From Vicugna vicugna (lineage: Eukaryota): DNA of 64,000 nt. How positions within the stretch are numbered: position 1 is the first letter of the stretch; each line of letters opens with the position of its first letter. Where the stretch lies: NCBI GenBank assembly GCA_013265495.1, contig MU057989.1, positions 1,565,513 through 1,629,512 on the forward strand, read 5' to 3'. Below are positions 20,201 to 33,456 of this stretch, in pieces. Both the position numbers and the translations under genes were made by a program. The notes under the pieces were generated by a model. It ran no database searches. It was not told the origin of the DNA and was given only the letters and a program-made list of their open reading frames with translations.

Positions 20201-21389
20201 AACTGCCCACCATTGTTAGTTAATACAATGACTGTGTCATCACAACATGAACTTGCTTAATGTATGACACAAAGGAAATCCCTCAACACCTACAAAAAGG
20301 AACAAAACGATCAGGAAAAAAAAAAAAGGCTCCTCAAAGAACCTGGGCATCTGTGAACACACAGACCTGAGGTAGGAGGTTGGAGTGCTTCCCCTGTTTT
20401 CCACATGAGGAAGTGGATTCCAGGATGTCAGATGACTTGTCTGAAGTCCAGCAGTTTTAAAGGGGCAGAGCTGGACTTGTAATCACGCCTGCTGGGCCTG
20501 GGGAAACCCAAGATGCGCCAGCTGAGACCTCTGCCCTCACCCAGCTGATGTGAATCAGGAGATGCAGGAGAAATCTGGGCACAACCATTTCTGGGTACAC
20601 ACCTGACTCTGTGCCAAGTATGGGCTGCAGTCCCCGTAGGCAAGGCAAGAGCTTCCAGACTGTAAGGAAAGCCAGCAGCGGAGAGCAGGACCAGTTGTCC
20701 CTGGATTACCACCCACAACCGCCAGAGAAAAAAAAAAAGGAAAAGAAAAGATTGCCCTAGTGATCAGAAAGGGGCAGGCCGGGTCTGAACACGGTGAGAG
20801 GAGGCTACTGGAGCCTGGGGGAGGGCCGATGCAGAGTGACCAGGAACCAGGAAGGGAGAGGTAGGCCAGTGGCTTTCTATTTGTGTCTCCAGGTGACCCT
20901 AGAGGGAGGAGATCCTTTCAGGGAAGGGACTGAGCTAATTTTTTTTTTAATTGAAATCTAGTTGATTTACAATGTCGTGTTAGTTTCTGGTGTACAGCTC
21001 ATATTTTAAATGTAGTGATGTTTTCTGAATAGGGAATACATGCTTCTGGCTAACAAGCCATTCATGCAGCACAAAAGGAGATAGAATGAGAATTAGGTCT
21101 CCTTCCCACTCTTGACCCCCAATCCCGTTGCCCTCCCTGGAAGCAGCCGTGGGTCCTAGGGTCTACAGTGCCCTTCCAGATATTTCTGTCCCTGTGCTGC
21201 CTACTTCTATTGCTCCTTGTTCTCCTCTCATCGACACTTTTAGGCAATCAATCTGTCTGTACAAAGAGTCATGATAAGGAATTCAAATGCAGCACCTAAC
21301 AGGCTAGTAGCTCAGTGATACAGCGTATGTTTAGTAAGCACGAGGTCCTGGGTTCAGTTCAAATGCAACACCTGTGGGTCTGCCCTTCC

Positions 21390-21840
21390 CTACCTCTCTG
21401 TCCTCATTTCCTCCCATTCTCTCTCCTGGTTCATGCTGCTTCAGCCACACAGGCCTTCTATTCCCTGAACACTGCCAGCATACTCCTGCCCCAGGGCCTT
21501 TGCACTTGCCGTGTCCTCTTTTCCCTCTGTCTGGAATGCTCTGCTCCCAGATATGCCTTTATTTCTTCATGTTTTTATTCAAAATCTTCTTCTTAGTGAG
21601 CCCCTGGACCCCCTTCTTAACATTGCAACCCCCTCAACCCCAGAGAGTCCTATCCCTCTTCAGTGCCTGACTTGGTGCCAGAGTACCCATCACAATCCAG
21701 CCTCCTCACATGTTATGTATTTGCTTTGTCTTTTGTCATCTTGCCCCACTCAGGTTCAAGCTTCTGAGGGCGGCCCGTTGGTTTTGTTCTCTGCTCATCC
21801 CCCAGCCTCTGCAGCATCACCTGGTGGGCCCTGGGAGTCT
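21390..21840. mobile_element. L2 LINE 3' fragment
   Basis: cagccacacaggccttc...ccccagggcctttgcacttgc...ctggaatgctct pattern; other L2 pieces near 18080-18560, 25270-25440, 29870-30500 and 57900-58460. Confidence 0.6.
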
Positions 21841-21904
21841 ATTCCTAGCATGAACACACAGAGCTGCCTTACTCTTTTTAAGGACCTTGTTCCTTATATT
21901 CCAT

Positions 21905-22337
21905 GATGTTGTGGGCTGAAGAACTGCCCCCAAATATCCCCTGTTCCCACTCCAGACCCTGAACACATGTTCTTACCTTATATGATAAGAGGGACTCTGC
22001 AGATATGATTAAGGATTAAGCTAATGATTTGGAGATGGGGACGGGATCCTGGGTTATCCCCCTGGGCCCAATGTAGCCACAAGGATCTTTCAGAAGCAAG
22101 ACTGAGGAAGGGACCATGAAACAAGGAATGACAGTGGCCTCTAGAAGCGGGTAAGAGCAAGGATATGGATTCTCCCTTGGAGCCTTCAGAGACAGTGCAA
22201 GCCTGTTGACACCTTGATTCTGGCTCAGGGACATTAATTTCATACTTCTGACCTCTAGAGCTATGAGAGGATAAAAATCTGTGTTGCTGAAGCCTCCTAG
22301 TTGGTGCTAATTTGTTACAGCAGCTGTAGGAAACGAA
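21905..22337 (+). mobile_element. MLT1 MaLR LTR
   Basis: tgttgtgggctgaa...gggactctgcagatatgattaagg...aatttgttacagcagctgtaggaaacgaataca. Confidence 0.7.
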
Positions 22338-22393
22338 TACATGGCATTTACTTTCCATTCCCCACCGGTGTTCTTTCCTGCAGTGGGTACCGC

Positions 22394-22592
22394 TGTCAGT
22401 GGTTCTCAGCTGGGGAGATTGTGCCCCCAGGGGACATTTTTGATTGTCACAACAGGAGGGGCGATGCTACTGGCACCTAGTGGGTGAGGCCAGGGATGCT
22501 GCTGAATGTCTTACAAAGGACAGAATAGCCCCACCCACCCACCACAAGGGCTGACCCGGCCCCGGATGTCAATAGTGCCGAGGCTGTGAAAT
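22394..22592. mobile_element. MER20 hAT DNA transposon (second copy about 49740-49935)
   Basis: cagtggttctcagctgggg...tagtgggtgaggccagggatgctgct...gtcaatagtgccgagg. Confidence 0.7.
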
Positions 22593-23041
22593 CCTGGGCT
22601 ATTCGTGGGATCCATTCCTAGAAATGCAATTGCTGAACCAAAGGGCATGTGATTTTGAAATGTTGTAGATGGGGCCATAACCTTAACCTTGGAAATGTGT
22701 TCAGCTCATCCACAGTAATACTCCAACTCTGAGATGTTGTGCTGTGGATAGTGTGGGTCCCCACTGGCCCTGGGAGTTCCCCAGACCTGGAGTCAGCAGG
22801 TTTGTAAATTCAGTGGGTAAATAACTATGGGGCAGGTACTGCAGGATTCACTCACTTAACCACCAGGTCCTGAGTGCCTGTCACGTGTATGAAGCTTGTG
22901 TATCCCTGCCCTTACAGAGGTCCCACTGGACAATAGGGAGATTAACCAGAAAACCACATGACATGTACACAGAGAGGGCAGTGAGTACAAAGGCTTGGGG
23001 AAGTCAAGGAGGGTTTCAGGGCAGAGTTGACTTTGAGCTGA

Positions 23042-23547
23042 TGTGATGATTAATTTTATGTGTCTACTTGCCTGGGCTAAAGGATGCCCAGATGGCTGGT
23101 AAAACATTGTTCCTGGGTGTGTCTGTGAGGGTGTCTCCGGAAGAGGTTAGCATTTGATTCAGTATAGACTAAAGCAAAAAGAGTCCCCTCCCCAAGGCAA
23201 GTGAGCACCGTCTGGACTGAGGGCTTGAACAGAACAAGAGGTGGTGGAAAGGTGACTTTACTGTGTGCTTGAGCTGAGACATCCACCCTCTGCCCTCGAC
23301 CATCAGAGCTCCTGGTTCTTGGATGTTTCGACTCAGGCTGTGACTCACACCACTGTCCCCCAACCCCCCGATTCTCACGCCATTAAACTTGCCCTGAATT
23401 ACACCACCAACTTTCCTGGGTCTCCAGCCTGTAGACGGCAGATAGCAGGACTTCTCGCCACCTTCACCCAAGGAGCCAATTCCTGTAGTATATCTCCTTA
23501 CACACGCCCCACTACTTCTGTTTCTCCGGAGAACCCTGACTAGTACA
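23042..23547 (+). mobile_element. MLT2 (ERVL) LTR
   Basis: tgtgatgattaattttatgtgtc...ctgggtgtgtctgtgagggtg...gtttctccggagaaccctgactagtaca. Confidence 0.75.
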
Positions 23548-23825
23548 CCCCACTGTCACTCACTGAATGCTCCCCACCTGCTCGTGCCCTCCAGGAGTTT
23601 GCGTGTACCGCATGGGCTTCCGTGAAGTCCATTTCCTTTCCAGGGTTTCAGAGAGTCCCGGGGAGGGCACACACCCTGCAGGCACAGCCTCCACCCTGGA
23701 CCTGTGCTCTCTTGTTACTCATCCCTGAGAGCTGTTTCTCCAGGGGTGGCAGGCACATTCCATGAATTCCTCCATTTTGTCCACACAGCAATGCTGTGAG
23801 AGCCATAGAAACACCCCCACCTCCC

Positions 23826-23966
23826 TTTTTTTTTTTTTTGCAGCAGGTGGGAAGGTAGGTAACTAGGTTTATTTATTTATTTATTTTAATGGAGGTGTAC
23901 TGGGGGTTGAAACAGTACCTCGTGCATGCTAAGCATGCTCTCTACCACTGAGCTACACCCCACCCC
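23826..23966 (-). mobile_element. tRNA-derived SINE, long form
   Basis: Contains ggtaactaggtttatttattt extension plus tRNA-like head (ctctaccactgagctacacc). Confidence 0.8.
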
Positions 23967-24353
23967 ATCCCCGTTTTATAGATGAGGAAACTGAGGCCCA
24001 GAAGAGTAAGTGACTTGCCTAAGGTTGAATCGCACAAAGTCAGTGACAGGGCGGGGATTTTCACATAGCTTCGCCAGACTCCAAAGCTGGAGCTGGTTTC
24101 CCTCCTTCTGGTCTGCCAGGGTGGGGGGGGTGGTGAGGCAGAGGGGGAGGCAGGAGTAGGGAAGATGGCAAAGTTTTAAGTGTTTATGACGCCATGTGCC
24201 AGGAGGTAGGGACTGGGACCGCAGAGCCTGATTTGGAACTTGACTCTGGTTCTGGGGCAGAAAGGGGCTGGTTGTCCAAGGGAGGCCCTCCCAGGTCTTC
24301 AAGACTCCTGAGGGCCTGGGGTCTCACACTGTTACTTTAAAAAAAAACACAAT

Positions 24354-24359
24354 TTTATT
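24354..24359 (-). terminator. SEPTIN12: SEPTIN12 polyadenylation signal
   Basis: AATAAA on minus strand about 170 nt after the stop codon. Confidence 0.7.
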
Positions 24360-24529
24360 TGAGGATAGCTCAAAGAAGACATTTACAAAACACCTTTTGT
24401 TTTCAAAGCACAGCTTTTCCCAAAAAGCAATGTTCACCTTTAATACACGCTCTAGTATACAGGTGTGTGCGGGGGGTGGAGGGGGTGCCATGGCGTCCGG
24501 GAGCCCCTGGGCCCAGGGTGCTCCAGTGC

Positions 24530-27500
24530 TTAGTATTCGTCGTCCGAGTTGTCCTGGGTCCACCGGCAGACCTTCATGGTCCGGGGGGTGGCCTGGGGAC
24601 TGGCAGGGCTGGGGGCCGGGCCCGGGGCCAGGTTCACCCAGCCAGGCCCGCGGGGCAGCACGTGGCTTTTGTTCAGTCTGAAGACACGGTAGTTCTCGTA
24701 GTGGACGTTATGGGTAATGTCCTTCAGGTCTTGGAGGTGGGTGCTGGGAGATGGGCGGCAGAATGGCTGTATTGACCACAGAATCCTCCAGGCCCCCCCG
24801 TAGCCCCCCGGGCTCCCCATTCGCTCACCGGATGAGCAAGTCTCTCAGGAGGGGGAACTCACAATGAGCCATGTTCTCCACTGCAAGACACCACCGAGCC
24901 CCTGAGCACGGCTCTGCCTGCAGCCCTGCCCTTGGCAGCAGCGAGCACACTGCCACCTGCCAGCCGCCCCGCCCCTCCCCGTACCTCCCATGTTAGCCCA
25001 CTTCCCTTCTCCATTCTTTCATTCATTCCAGCGCCCCCAGCCCTGGTACAGGTGGCTTCTACAAATAGTTGTTGAACCAAGGAACCCACTGATCATTTAT
25101 CATTATACATTTAATAATGAGTGTAGGATGTTTATTATGCCACATATGATATGTGCTACTTCCTGCCTTTAACAGTTGTATCGGTAAGTCAGGGACTCAG
25201 GCCTGGGCTGCGTCTCCTCCACTTTCTGGCCTGGCCCTCAGCAGGCCCTTCCTCTGCTCCCTTGGGTACCTCCCCCTCCTACCCTGCACGTTTTCTTCAC
25301 TCTACTTTTCCCATCTGTCCTTGTCTCATCAGCTCTGTGGGCACAGGAACCTTGCTGGTCCCACTTTCACTGTACCCCTCAGGAACCACACATCGTGTGC
25401 CCGGCACTTGGTAGGCCCACAATCAATTCTGGTGAGCAAATAGGGCACCTTCTGGGTGCTGGGCATCGTGAAAAGGAGTGGCTCTGCCCCCTCTGACTGC
25501 CCTATGAGGTTGATGTTACAGTGATGCCACCTGACGGTAAGGAAACTGAGGCCCAGAGAGTCAGGTTACCTCCCTAGGGCCTCTCAGCTGCACGAAGGAG
25601 ATTGACCCCAGGGCTCTGTTTCTTGGCTCTGGGCTTAACTACACGGGGCTCTGTGGTGGGTGTAAGGATGCCAAAGGCATGCGTGGCTTTTCAGTCCGTT
25701 CTCCCCGGGCCCTCCCCAGAGCCCCTGCACTGACCTTCAATGATGCCCCACTTCGTCTTCCGGCCCAGGACACATCTCCCATTCACCAGGTGCTCTCGGT
25801 CGGCCCCGACCACAGCAAAGGGGATCCGTTCCTGTGGGGAGGAGACAAGATGTGAGGGAGGGCTGGTCCCACTGGGAAAGTGGAGAGAGAGGACACCAAG
25901 GTAGGAACCTGAAAGGTGCTGTCCTTTGTGGGGAGAGAAAGTGGGAGAAGGAGCACAGACATCTAAAGTCAGAAGACACAAAGCCTAATTGGCACCTCAG
26001 TTTCCTCATCTGTAAAATGGGAGTCACAACAGAACCCATGCAGGGCTTTGTGACTCTCTGGGAAGGGCTTAGCAAGATTAAGAGGTGCATAGAGTAAATC
26101 TTGGAAACCCAGTGCTACTCAGAGTTGTATTAATGATATAATCCTACTCTTGTCCCAATCTCTTACCTGTGAAACCTTCAACCATTGTCATGAGGGTTAA
26201 GAGAGAGAACTTTATAAACCAGTGGTTGGCAACCTATATGGCTCCTTGGCCGAAACATTCAAGTTCATTGGCGCACAGTCCCGCCCATTCATTGACTCTT
26301 TCCTGCTACTACCGCAGAGTTGCATAATTCCAACACAGACTCGTAGCCCACAAAGTCTAAAATATTTACCATCGTCTAGCCCTTCACAAAAGTTTGCTAA
26401 GCCCTGTGGAAATTCCAGTTGTTTACTTGTTCATGGCCAGAAAGGAAGTGGAGATTAAACTCCCAAGTGCTGAGCGGGGAGGGTAGAGCTCAGTGGTAAA
26501 GCGTGTGCTTAGCATGCATGAGGTCCTGGGTTTAATCCGAGTACCACCATTTAAAAAAAATAATAAGTGAATAAATAAAAACCTAATTACCTCCCATGCC
26601 AAAACAAAGCAAGCAAACAAACAAACAAAACCTCCCAAGTGCTGCATGTGGTTTGTTTTTGTCTCTAAGAATTAAGTTGTGATGGGGAATAAATTGATGC
26701 TAATAACTATCTGTTGCATACTTATTATATACCAGCCCATTGTCAACCCTCAATCAATGTTACACATCTGGATGATTTATTGACGTGTTAATTTGAATAT
26801 ATTCTCCTTTATTTCCCCCTAGTTCTGTTCCAGCTTTGGCCACGCTGATGTCTTTGCCAGCCTCAGGACAGAAAGCAGGAGGTCAAGGTTCTTTGAATCT
26901 TTCACAGGAAATGCTGTTCATTGCTCCAGCGGGGAGTGGAAAGAGGGAATGTGAAGAGAAATTTGGTGCCAACTGGGAAGCAGGGCTTCCAAGTACAGAT
27001 GTGCAGTTTGTGCACTGCACAAAGGCATCTGGCTATGAGGTTGTGTAGGGCTGAAATCCCATGCAAGGCCCCGTCTGTGAAGGAAGCTACTGCCTTTTTC
27101 TAATCCAAGCAGAAGTGCTGTGTAGGCTAACAGGGTCCCTGGGTGAGGTGGATGCCTCACCCAAGTGCTTTGCAGGATCCAGACAGACTGACAGAATGTA
27201 CCACAAGGACAATATGGGGACTTGCAGTTGGAATTCAGTTGATTCAGAGAAAATGAAGATACTATTTTCCCTCGCCTCCTCTCTTCCTCTCTTTCTTTCT
27301 TTCCCCTTCTTTTTCCCTTTCTTCCTTGTAACAGCTTTACTGAGATATTACTTACATACCATAAAACTCACCCATTTAGAGGTACAGTTCAGTGGTTTTT
27401 AGTATGTTCACAAGATTGTGCAACCATCACCACAATCTAATTGCAGAGCGCTTTCATCACCCCCAAGTGAAAACCCCTACACTTTAGCATTCGCTCCCTG

Positions 27501-30500
27501 TTTCCCCCAAACCTCCTAGCCCCTGGCAACCACGAATCTATTTTCTGTCTCAATACATTTGCCTATTCTGGACATCATGTCACGGAGTCATATAATATTT
27601 GGCTTTTTGGGTCTGGCTTTTACATTTTCAAGGTTTATCCACACTATAGCGTCTATCAGAATTTTATTTCTTTTTATGGCTATTCCATCAGATGGATGGA
27701 CCACATTTATTTATCTATTTTTTTAAAATGGAGGTATGACATTAAACCCAGGATCTCGCTCATGCTAAGCATGTGCTCTACCACTGAGCTATACCCAGCA
27801 CTCTGTTCATCTATTTATAAATTAATGGACATTTGGACTGTTTCACTTTTTAACCATTATGAATAATTCTGCTAGGAACACTTGTATATGAGTTTTTATG
27901 TTGACATAGGTTTTCTTTTTTTAAATAGCTTTATTGAGATATAATTCACATAGTTATGTTTTTTAAAATTTTTATTTATTTATTATTTGTTTACTTGTCT
28001 CTTCTCTTTTGCAGGGGGAGGTAATTAGGGTTTTTTTTAAAATGGAGGTACTGGGGATTGAACCCAGGACCTCATGCATGCTAGGCATGCACTTTACCAC
28101 TGAGCTACACCCTCTTCCCAACACAGGCTTCATTTCTTATTGGAGTGGAGATGCTAGGTCACTAGGCTAGTGTCTAACCTTTGAAGAACTGCCAGACTGT
28201 TTTCTAAAGCGGATGCACCATTTGACATTCCCACCAGCAGCGCATGAAAGTTCCAGTTTGTCCACTTCCTCACTAACACTTGTCATTGTCTGTCATTTTG
28301 ATAATCGCCACCCTAGTAGGCATGGAGTGGTATCTTATTGCGGCTTTGATTTGCATTTCCCTCATGACTGATGACGGTGAACATCTTTTTCATATTCTTA
28401 CTGACCATGTGTGTAAATTCTTTGGAGAAATGTCCATTCAGATCCTTTGCCCATTTTTTTATACATATACACCCTTTATTTTGCATTCTCCTGGTTGTTA
28501 ATGAGGTTGACCATATAGCCATATTAATTTTTTTCTATGAAATTTTTTCTTTCTCATTGATCATTTCTATTTTTCTTTTTCCTTTTTTAAATGGCGGTAC
28601 TGGGGATTGAACCAGGACCTCGTGCATGCTAAGCATCCACTCTACCACTGAGCTATAACCCCACCTTTGCCCATTTTTAAATTGGCTTACTTGTCTTTTA
28701 TTGTTGATTTGTAAGAGTTCTTTATATATTCAGGGTACAAATCCCTTATCAGATATCTCCTTTGCAAACACTTTCTCCCTTTCTGGGGGTTGTTGATATG
28801 ACCTACTTCTTGAGTTTGTGGATGGATGGAGATTCACACCCGCTAGAAATACATGAACTTTCCCCAAGTTGTGAAGAGAGACGAATCTTCAGATGGAAAG
28901 CATGAGTGGAAAGCAAATCGCCCAGGCTCGGTCTCACCAGCCTCCCCACCTCCCACAGCCTCCTACCCGGATCTTGCTATTGAGGATCCTGTCATTGATG
29001 TCCTCATCGAAGCACTTCTGGGGGTACACCTCGATGCAGTGGGTCCTCAGGTTATGCTGGATCTGCAGACAGCACCTGGGTAACCTCAGCCCACCCTGTA
29101 TACTTTGCCCGCTCCCCAACCCCAGCGACCCCCAGCTTGGCCCCAGGCGCCCAGATCACCCTGCGCCTGAAGGCCTCTCGTTCCTCAATGGTCAAGCTGT
29201 CAGCCCGGGCAATCACGGGCACCACATTCACAGTCTGGCAGAGGCGCTGCAGGAATTCAATGTCCAGGGGCCGCAGGCTGCTTAGGCAGGACAGTGACGG
29301 TGGCGAGTGTGTGAGTGAGTGAGGCGATGCCAGTTCACAGCCCATGCCACGGACTCCTCCTCCTTCTCCTGTCCGCCCCACACAGATGGCCCTCCACCTG
29401 TGGGCCCAGCCACCTCACCAGTGTCCGGTGGGTGGCACGAAGTACACGCAGCAGTGCACCCGGGTGTCAGGGATGTGGCGCTGGCGGGTGATGAGGATCT
29501 CCTCCTGCAGGTACCGCTCGTACTGCTCATTGATGTAGCCCAGGATTGGGTCCCAGCTGGGGCAGGAGATGCCTAACCTCAGAACCTTGCCAGAAGCCCC
29601 CACCCCGGGTCCTCTGGGGAATCTCCTGTTAGGATGATCAATCGCCCAGTTTGCCCAGGATACAGGAATTTCAGTTTTGCACAACCTGAGGCCTTTGGTT
29701 ACCTGAGTACCCTCCCCCAACTCCTCTGCATCATCAGAGAGGCCCCTGCCATTCTCCAGCTGAGGCCTCAGCTTCCTCTTCTGTAAAATGGGGACGATAA
29801 GAGCAGCTACTTTGTAAGGGAGGAGTGAGCATTAAAGGAGAGAAATGCTGCACCTGGTTCAAACCACCAGGGACTCTTGCCTGACTGTTGCAATGGTCTC
29901 CAGCCTCCTCTCCCTGGGTCCCTTTCCCTGCAGAGCTACTGTCAACACAGCAGCCAAAAACATCATTTTAAAACCAGGAGTCGGATCACCTCCCCTTTCT
30001 GCTCAGCCTCCAGTGGTCAGAAAATAAAAAAGCTGAAGTCCGTTATGTTGCCCTTCAAGGCCCTATTGGATCCCACTACTGATCCTGCCTGCCTGCCCCT
30101 CCTTCTCTCCCTATCACTCAGGTTCCCCCAGCCACCCCACCTCAGGGCCTTTGCACATTCCACCTTCAAGGCACGTGCCTTGAACACTCTTACCCTGCGT
30201 GTACACATAGCTAATTCTTCTCCTGGAAGTCTTTGCCCAGATGTCACCTTTTCTGTGAGGTCTTCCTTGATCACTCTGCTTAAAATTGCACACCCCCACC
30301 CCTGCCCATTATAGCTTTGTACTTTCACTCCCAGAAGTGTACCGTGTGGGTGGTAGAGTTCAGGTTCAGCCTCCATATAGCTAACTAATTTTGTTCATCG
30401 ATTCCACCCCACCCCCAACAATGTACATTCCATGGAGACAAGGATGTTCTTCGGCTCTGTTCGTTGCTGTATCCCTGTGTCTAGGACAGAGCTTGCACGT

Positions 30501-33456
30501 GGTAAGTGCTCTGTGAGGCATTGTGTGCAGGGCTGGCTTTGTGGGAATGTGAATGGAGCCATTACACAGGGGTCTGGGCTTAGAAGGGCCCACGTGGGTC
30601 TGAACACTCTGCGGACGTAGTCTTAAAATTCTCAGTGCTTTTTAAATAGGGCCCTCCCATTTCCATTGCACTGGGTCCCACAAGTTGTGCAGCCAGTCCT
30701 GATTATGCATATATATGTGTATGTGTGTGTCTTACATTGAGAGCCTTGAACAACTTTGCAAGGGGCGTGTCATCAGTTCCAAGTTACAAAGAAGGAAGCT
30801 GAGGCTCAGAGAGCTTTGGTGGCCAGTCCGAGGTGATGCAGCTGGGAAGCAGTCTACCCAGGGGTCCTGACTCTGGACTGTGAGCTTCTAACCCCCTGCC
30901 ACACCGCAGCCTTTATTGAGCACTTACTGTGTGCCAGGCAGTGAGCTAAGACCTTCATGTTACTTGACTCCCTTGGATCTGGGAGGGATGGTTGCACAAA
31001 CCCATTGCATAGACGAATAAACTGAGCCTCAAAGATGCCACAGCCAGGTGGCTCCCAGAGACCGGAGGGGCAGGGGCAGGGACAGCCAGGGCTTGGTCCT
31101 CCCTCACCCCCCACCCCTGCCAAGGACCCACCATTTGTCATTGTTGATCTGGTCCCCGAAGCCGGGTGTGTCAGTCACGGTCAGCTTAAGCTTCACGCCC
31201 TTCTCCTCTATGACTGGAGGGGAGAGTGAAGGGGCAGAGGCTGGGCCTGGGTGGGTGGGGTGGAGGGAGGCGGGGCTCACTTACCGTGGGTCACCGACTG
31301 CAGCTGCAGTGTTTTGGGCGTGGGCACCCCCAGGCCTGGCAGGGTGGACTTCCACATCTTGGACTTAAAGAGCGTGTTCACCATCGTGGACTTGCCGAGC
31401 CCGCTCTGCCCTGCGAGGAACCACATGGCAGCAACAATTGTGGATGAGTTAGGCAGTGTTTCAGAAGCTCTTAAATAAGCTGTTCCGGAAAGTGAACCGT
31501 TTGCTAAGTATCACACACTTATGGAAAAGTGCGTATTATCATACGTCTCCAGCTCAATGCCTCCCCCTACTTTTTTTTTAATGGAGATGCTGAGGATTGA
31601 ACCCACGACCACATGCATGCTAAACATGTGCTCTACCACTGAAATATTATCCTCCTCCCTCATTTTTTAATTGAAGCAAGAGTCATATAATAAAAAATTA
31701 ACATTAACCACTTAAAGTGTACAATTCAGTGGCATTGAGTACATTCACAATGTTGTGCAACTACCACCTCTATCTAGCTCCAAAACATTTTCGTCAGCCC
31801 CAAAAGAAACTCTATACTCATTAAGCACTTCCTCCCCACGCCCCCTCCTGCCAGCCCCTGGCAACCACACATCTGTTTTCTGGACATTTCATATAAATGG
31901 AATCCTGCAATATTGTCCTTTTGTCTGTGGCTCCTCCCTTTCAGCATAATGCTTTCAAGATTCACCCACATTATAGCGTGGACTGGTACTTCATTCCTTT
32001 TCATGGCTGAATAATACTCCACCAAATGGGTGGACCATGCTGTGTTTATCCATTTATCCGTGGATGGGCAGGTCAAAGCATTTTTACATATAAAACAACC
32101 TGTGCGTGCAGCGCCGGATCAAGAGACACAACACACAGCTCCCCCAAGCCCACTCCTGCCTCGTCTCAGTAACTATTAACACAGCTCTAGGGACAGGGAC
32201 AGCTGCTCTCCTGACTTTATCAGCGGGGTGCAGTTGCTGCCCGTCCTCGACATCTTTCATATCTGGCTTATTTTGCTCAGAGCTACTAGGCAAGGTTCCC
32301 CCAGGCTGCCTGGGCTTGTAGATGGTCCATTCTCCCTGCCCTGGGGGCTTCTCAAACTCTGCAGACCACGCCCCGCGGTAGGAAACATCCTACATCATGG
32401 CTGGACACACCTCTGTGTGTCTGACTGAAACTGTCCTTTGGGCTGTGCTATCCAATACAGGGGATATTGCCTGGCTATTGCCACCAGCAATATGGCCACC
32501 TGGCCATCGTGAATTGAGGTGTGCCATCAGTGGACAAGAACAAACCATATTTTGCAGGCTTGGTATGACAAAAAGAACAAAAAGGATCTCATGAATAATG
32601 TTTTATATGGATTACATGTCAAGATGACAGTATTTAGAAATGTGTTGAGTTAAATAAAAAAGAAAAGTTAAAATTAATTTTTCCTGTTTCTCTTTACTTT
32701 TTTTTAAAAGGAAGCTACTAGGAAACTTAAAATTATGTATGTGGCTCCTAGTACCTTTCTACTGGGTAGCCCTGCCTTTGAATAATGCTCTTAGTTGGGG
32801 CAACACACTCTGACATTTTCTGTTCTATGGTATCCAGTTCATTTTGTTAGAAGTGTAGTTTTTGAGTTACAACATTAATTCTGCATGTATGAAAACACGA
32901 TTCCAGATAAACCGACCCTTGGAGAACCTCCCTGATGCCAGGCACTGTGCCAGGTCAGATGAGGAAACTGAGGCAGAGAGGGGTCAGGGGCCGTGCCCCA
33001 GGTCACACACTGGTGGGTGTTAAGGCCTGGGACCAGGATCTGAGTCTGAGAGTTCCCCACTTCCTGCCATGGTCTCTCCTTTATTGCTCTGTTCGGGTTG
33101 GGGCTTCATGGGTGGTTTTTGTCTTTCAGCGACTCAGTGTTTCCCAGATTTTCAGCTATAGCCCCCCTGTGAGGTACAACTGTCAGGCCTACCTTACAGA
33201 TGGGGACACTGAGGCTCCGAGACGCAACACATCCAGGCCCACGGGTGGCATCCACTGGTCTGTCCTCCCGTAAAAGCCCCTGCCCTCACTCACCCACCAC
33301 CATGATGTTGAACTCAAACCCCATCTTCATAGCCTTGATCTTCAGTTGGTCCAGCACGGCCTCGATGCCCACGTAACCAAGCATCTCGCAGGATGGTGTC
33401 CTGGGGCTGGAGGGCCTTGATGAGCAGGGGGAGGGGGGCTGCCTCAGGGGGTCCAT
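24530..33456 (-). CDS. SEPTIN12: Septin 12, complete CDS (361 aa, 9 coding exons)
   Basis: Coding exons 33294-33456, 31285-31410, 31132-31213, 29419-29556, 29160-29277, 28967-29062, 25735-25831, 24829-24880 and 24530-24743 (total 1086 nt), all GT-AG. Motifs G1 GQSGLGKS, G3 DTPG, G4 ARAD, SUE GRKTKWG; N-terminus [10 protein letters not shown] matches recalled human SEPT12. Confidence 0.97.
26476..26631 (+). mobile_element. tRNA-derived SINE, long form
   Basis: tRNA-Ala-like head, aataaaaacctaattacctccc extension, A-rich tail; 13-bp TSD ctcccaagtgctg at 26460-26472 and 26632-26644. Confidence 0.88.
27325..28800 (-). mobile_element. Old L1M fragment interrupted by three minus-strand tRNA-derived SINEs (about 27716-27797, 27990-28114, 28583-28662)
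   Basis: L1M 3' sequence (cacaagattgtgcaaccatcaccac; ggagaaatgtccattcagatcctttgcccatt) with nested ctctaccactgagcta-containing SINEs. Confidence 0.75.
31571..32075 (-). mobile_element. tRNA-derived SINE (31571-31655) followed by old L1M fragment
   Basis: gaggattgaacccacgaccacatgcatgctaaacatgtgctctaccactga; then gtacaattcagtggcatt...tggctgaataatactcc. Confidence 0.7.
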
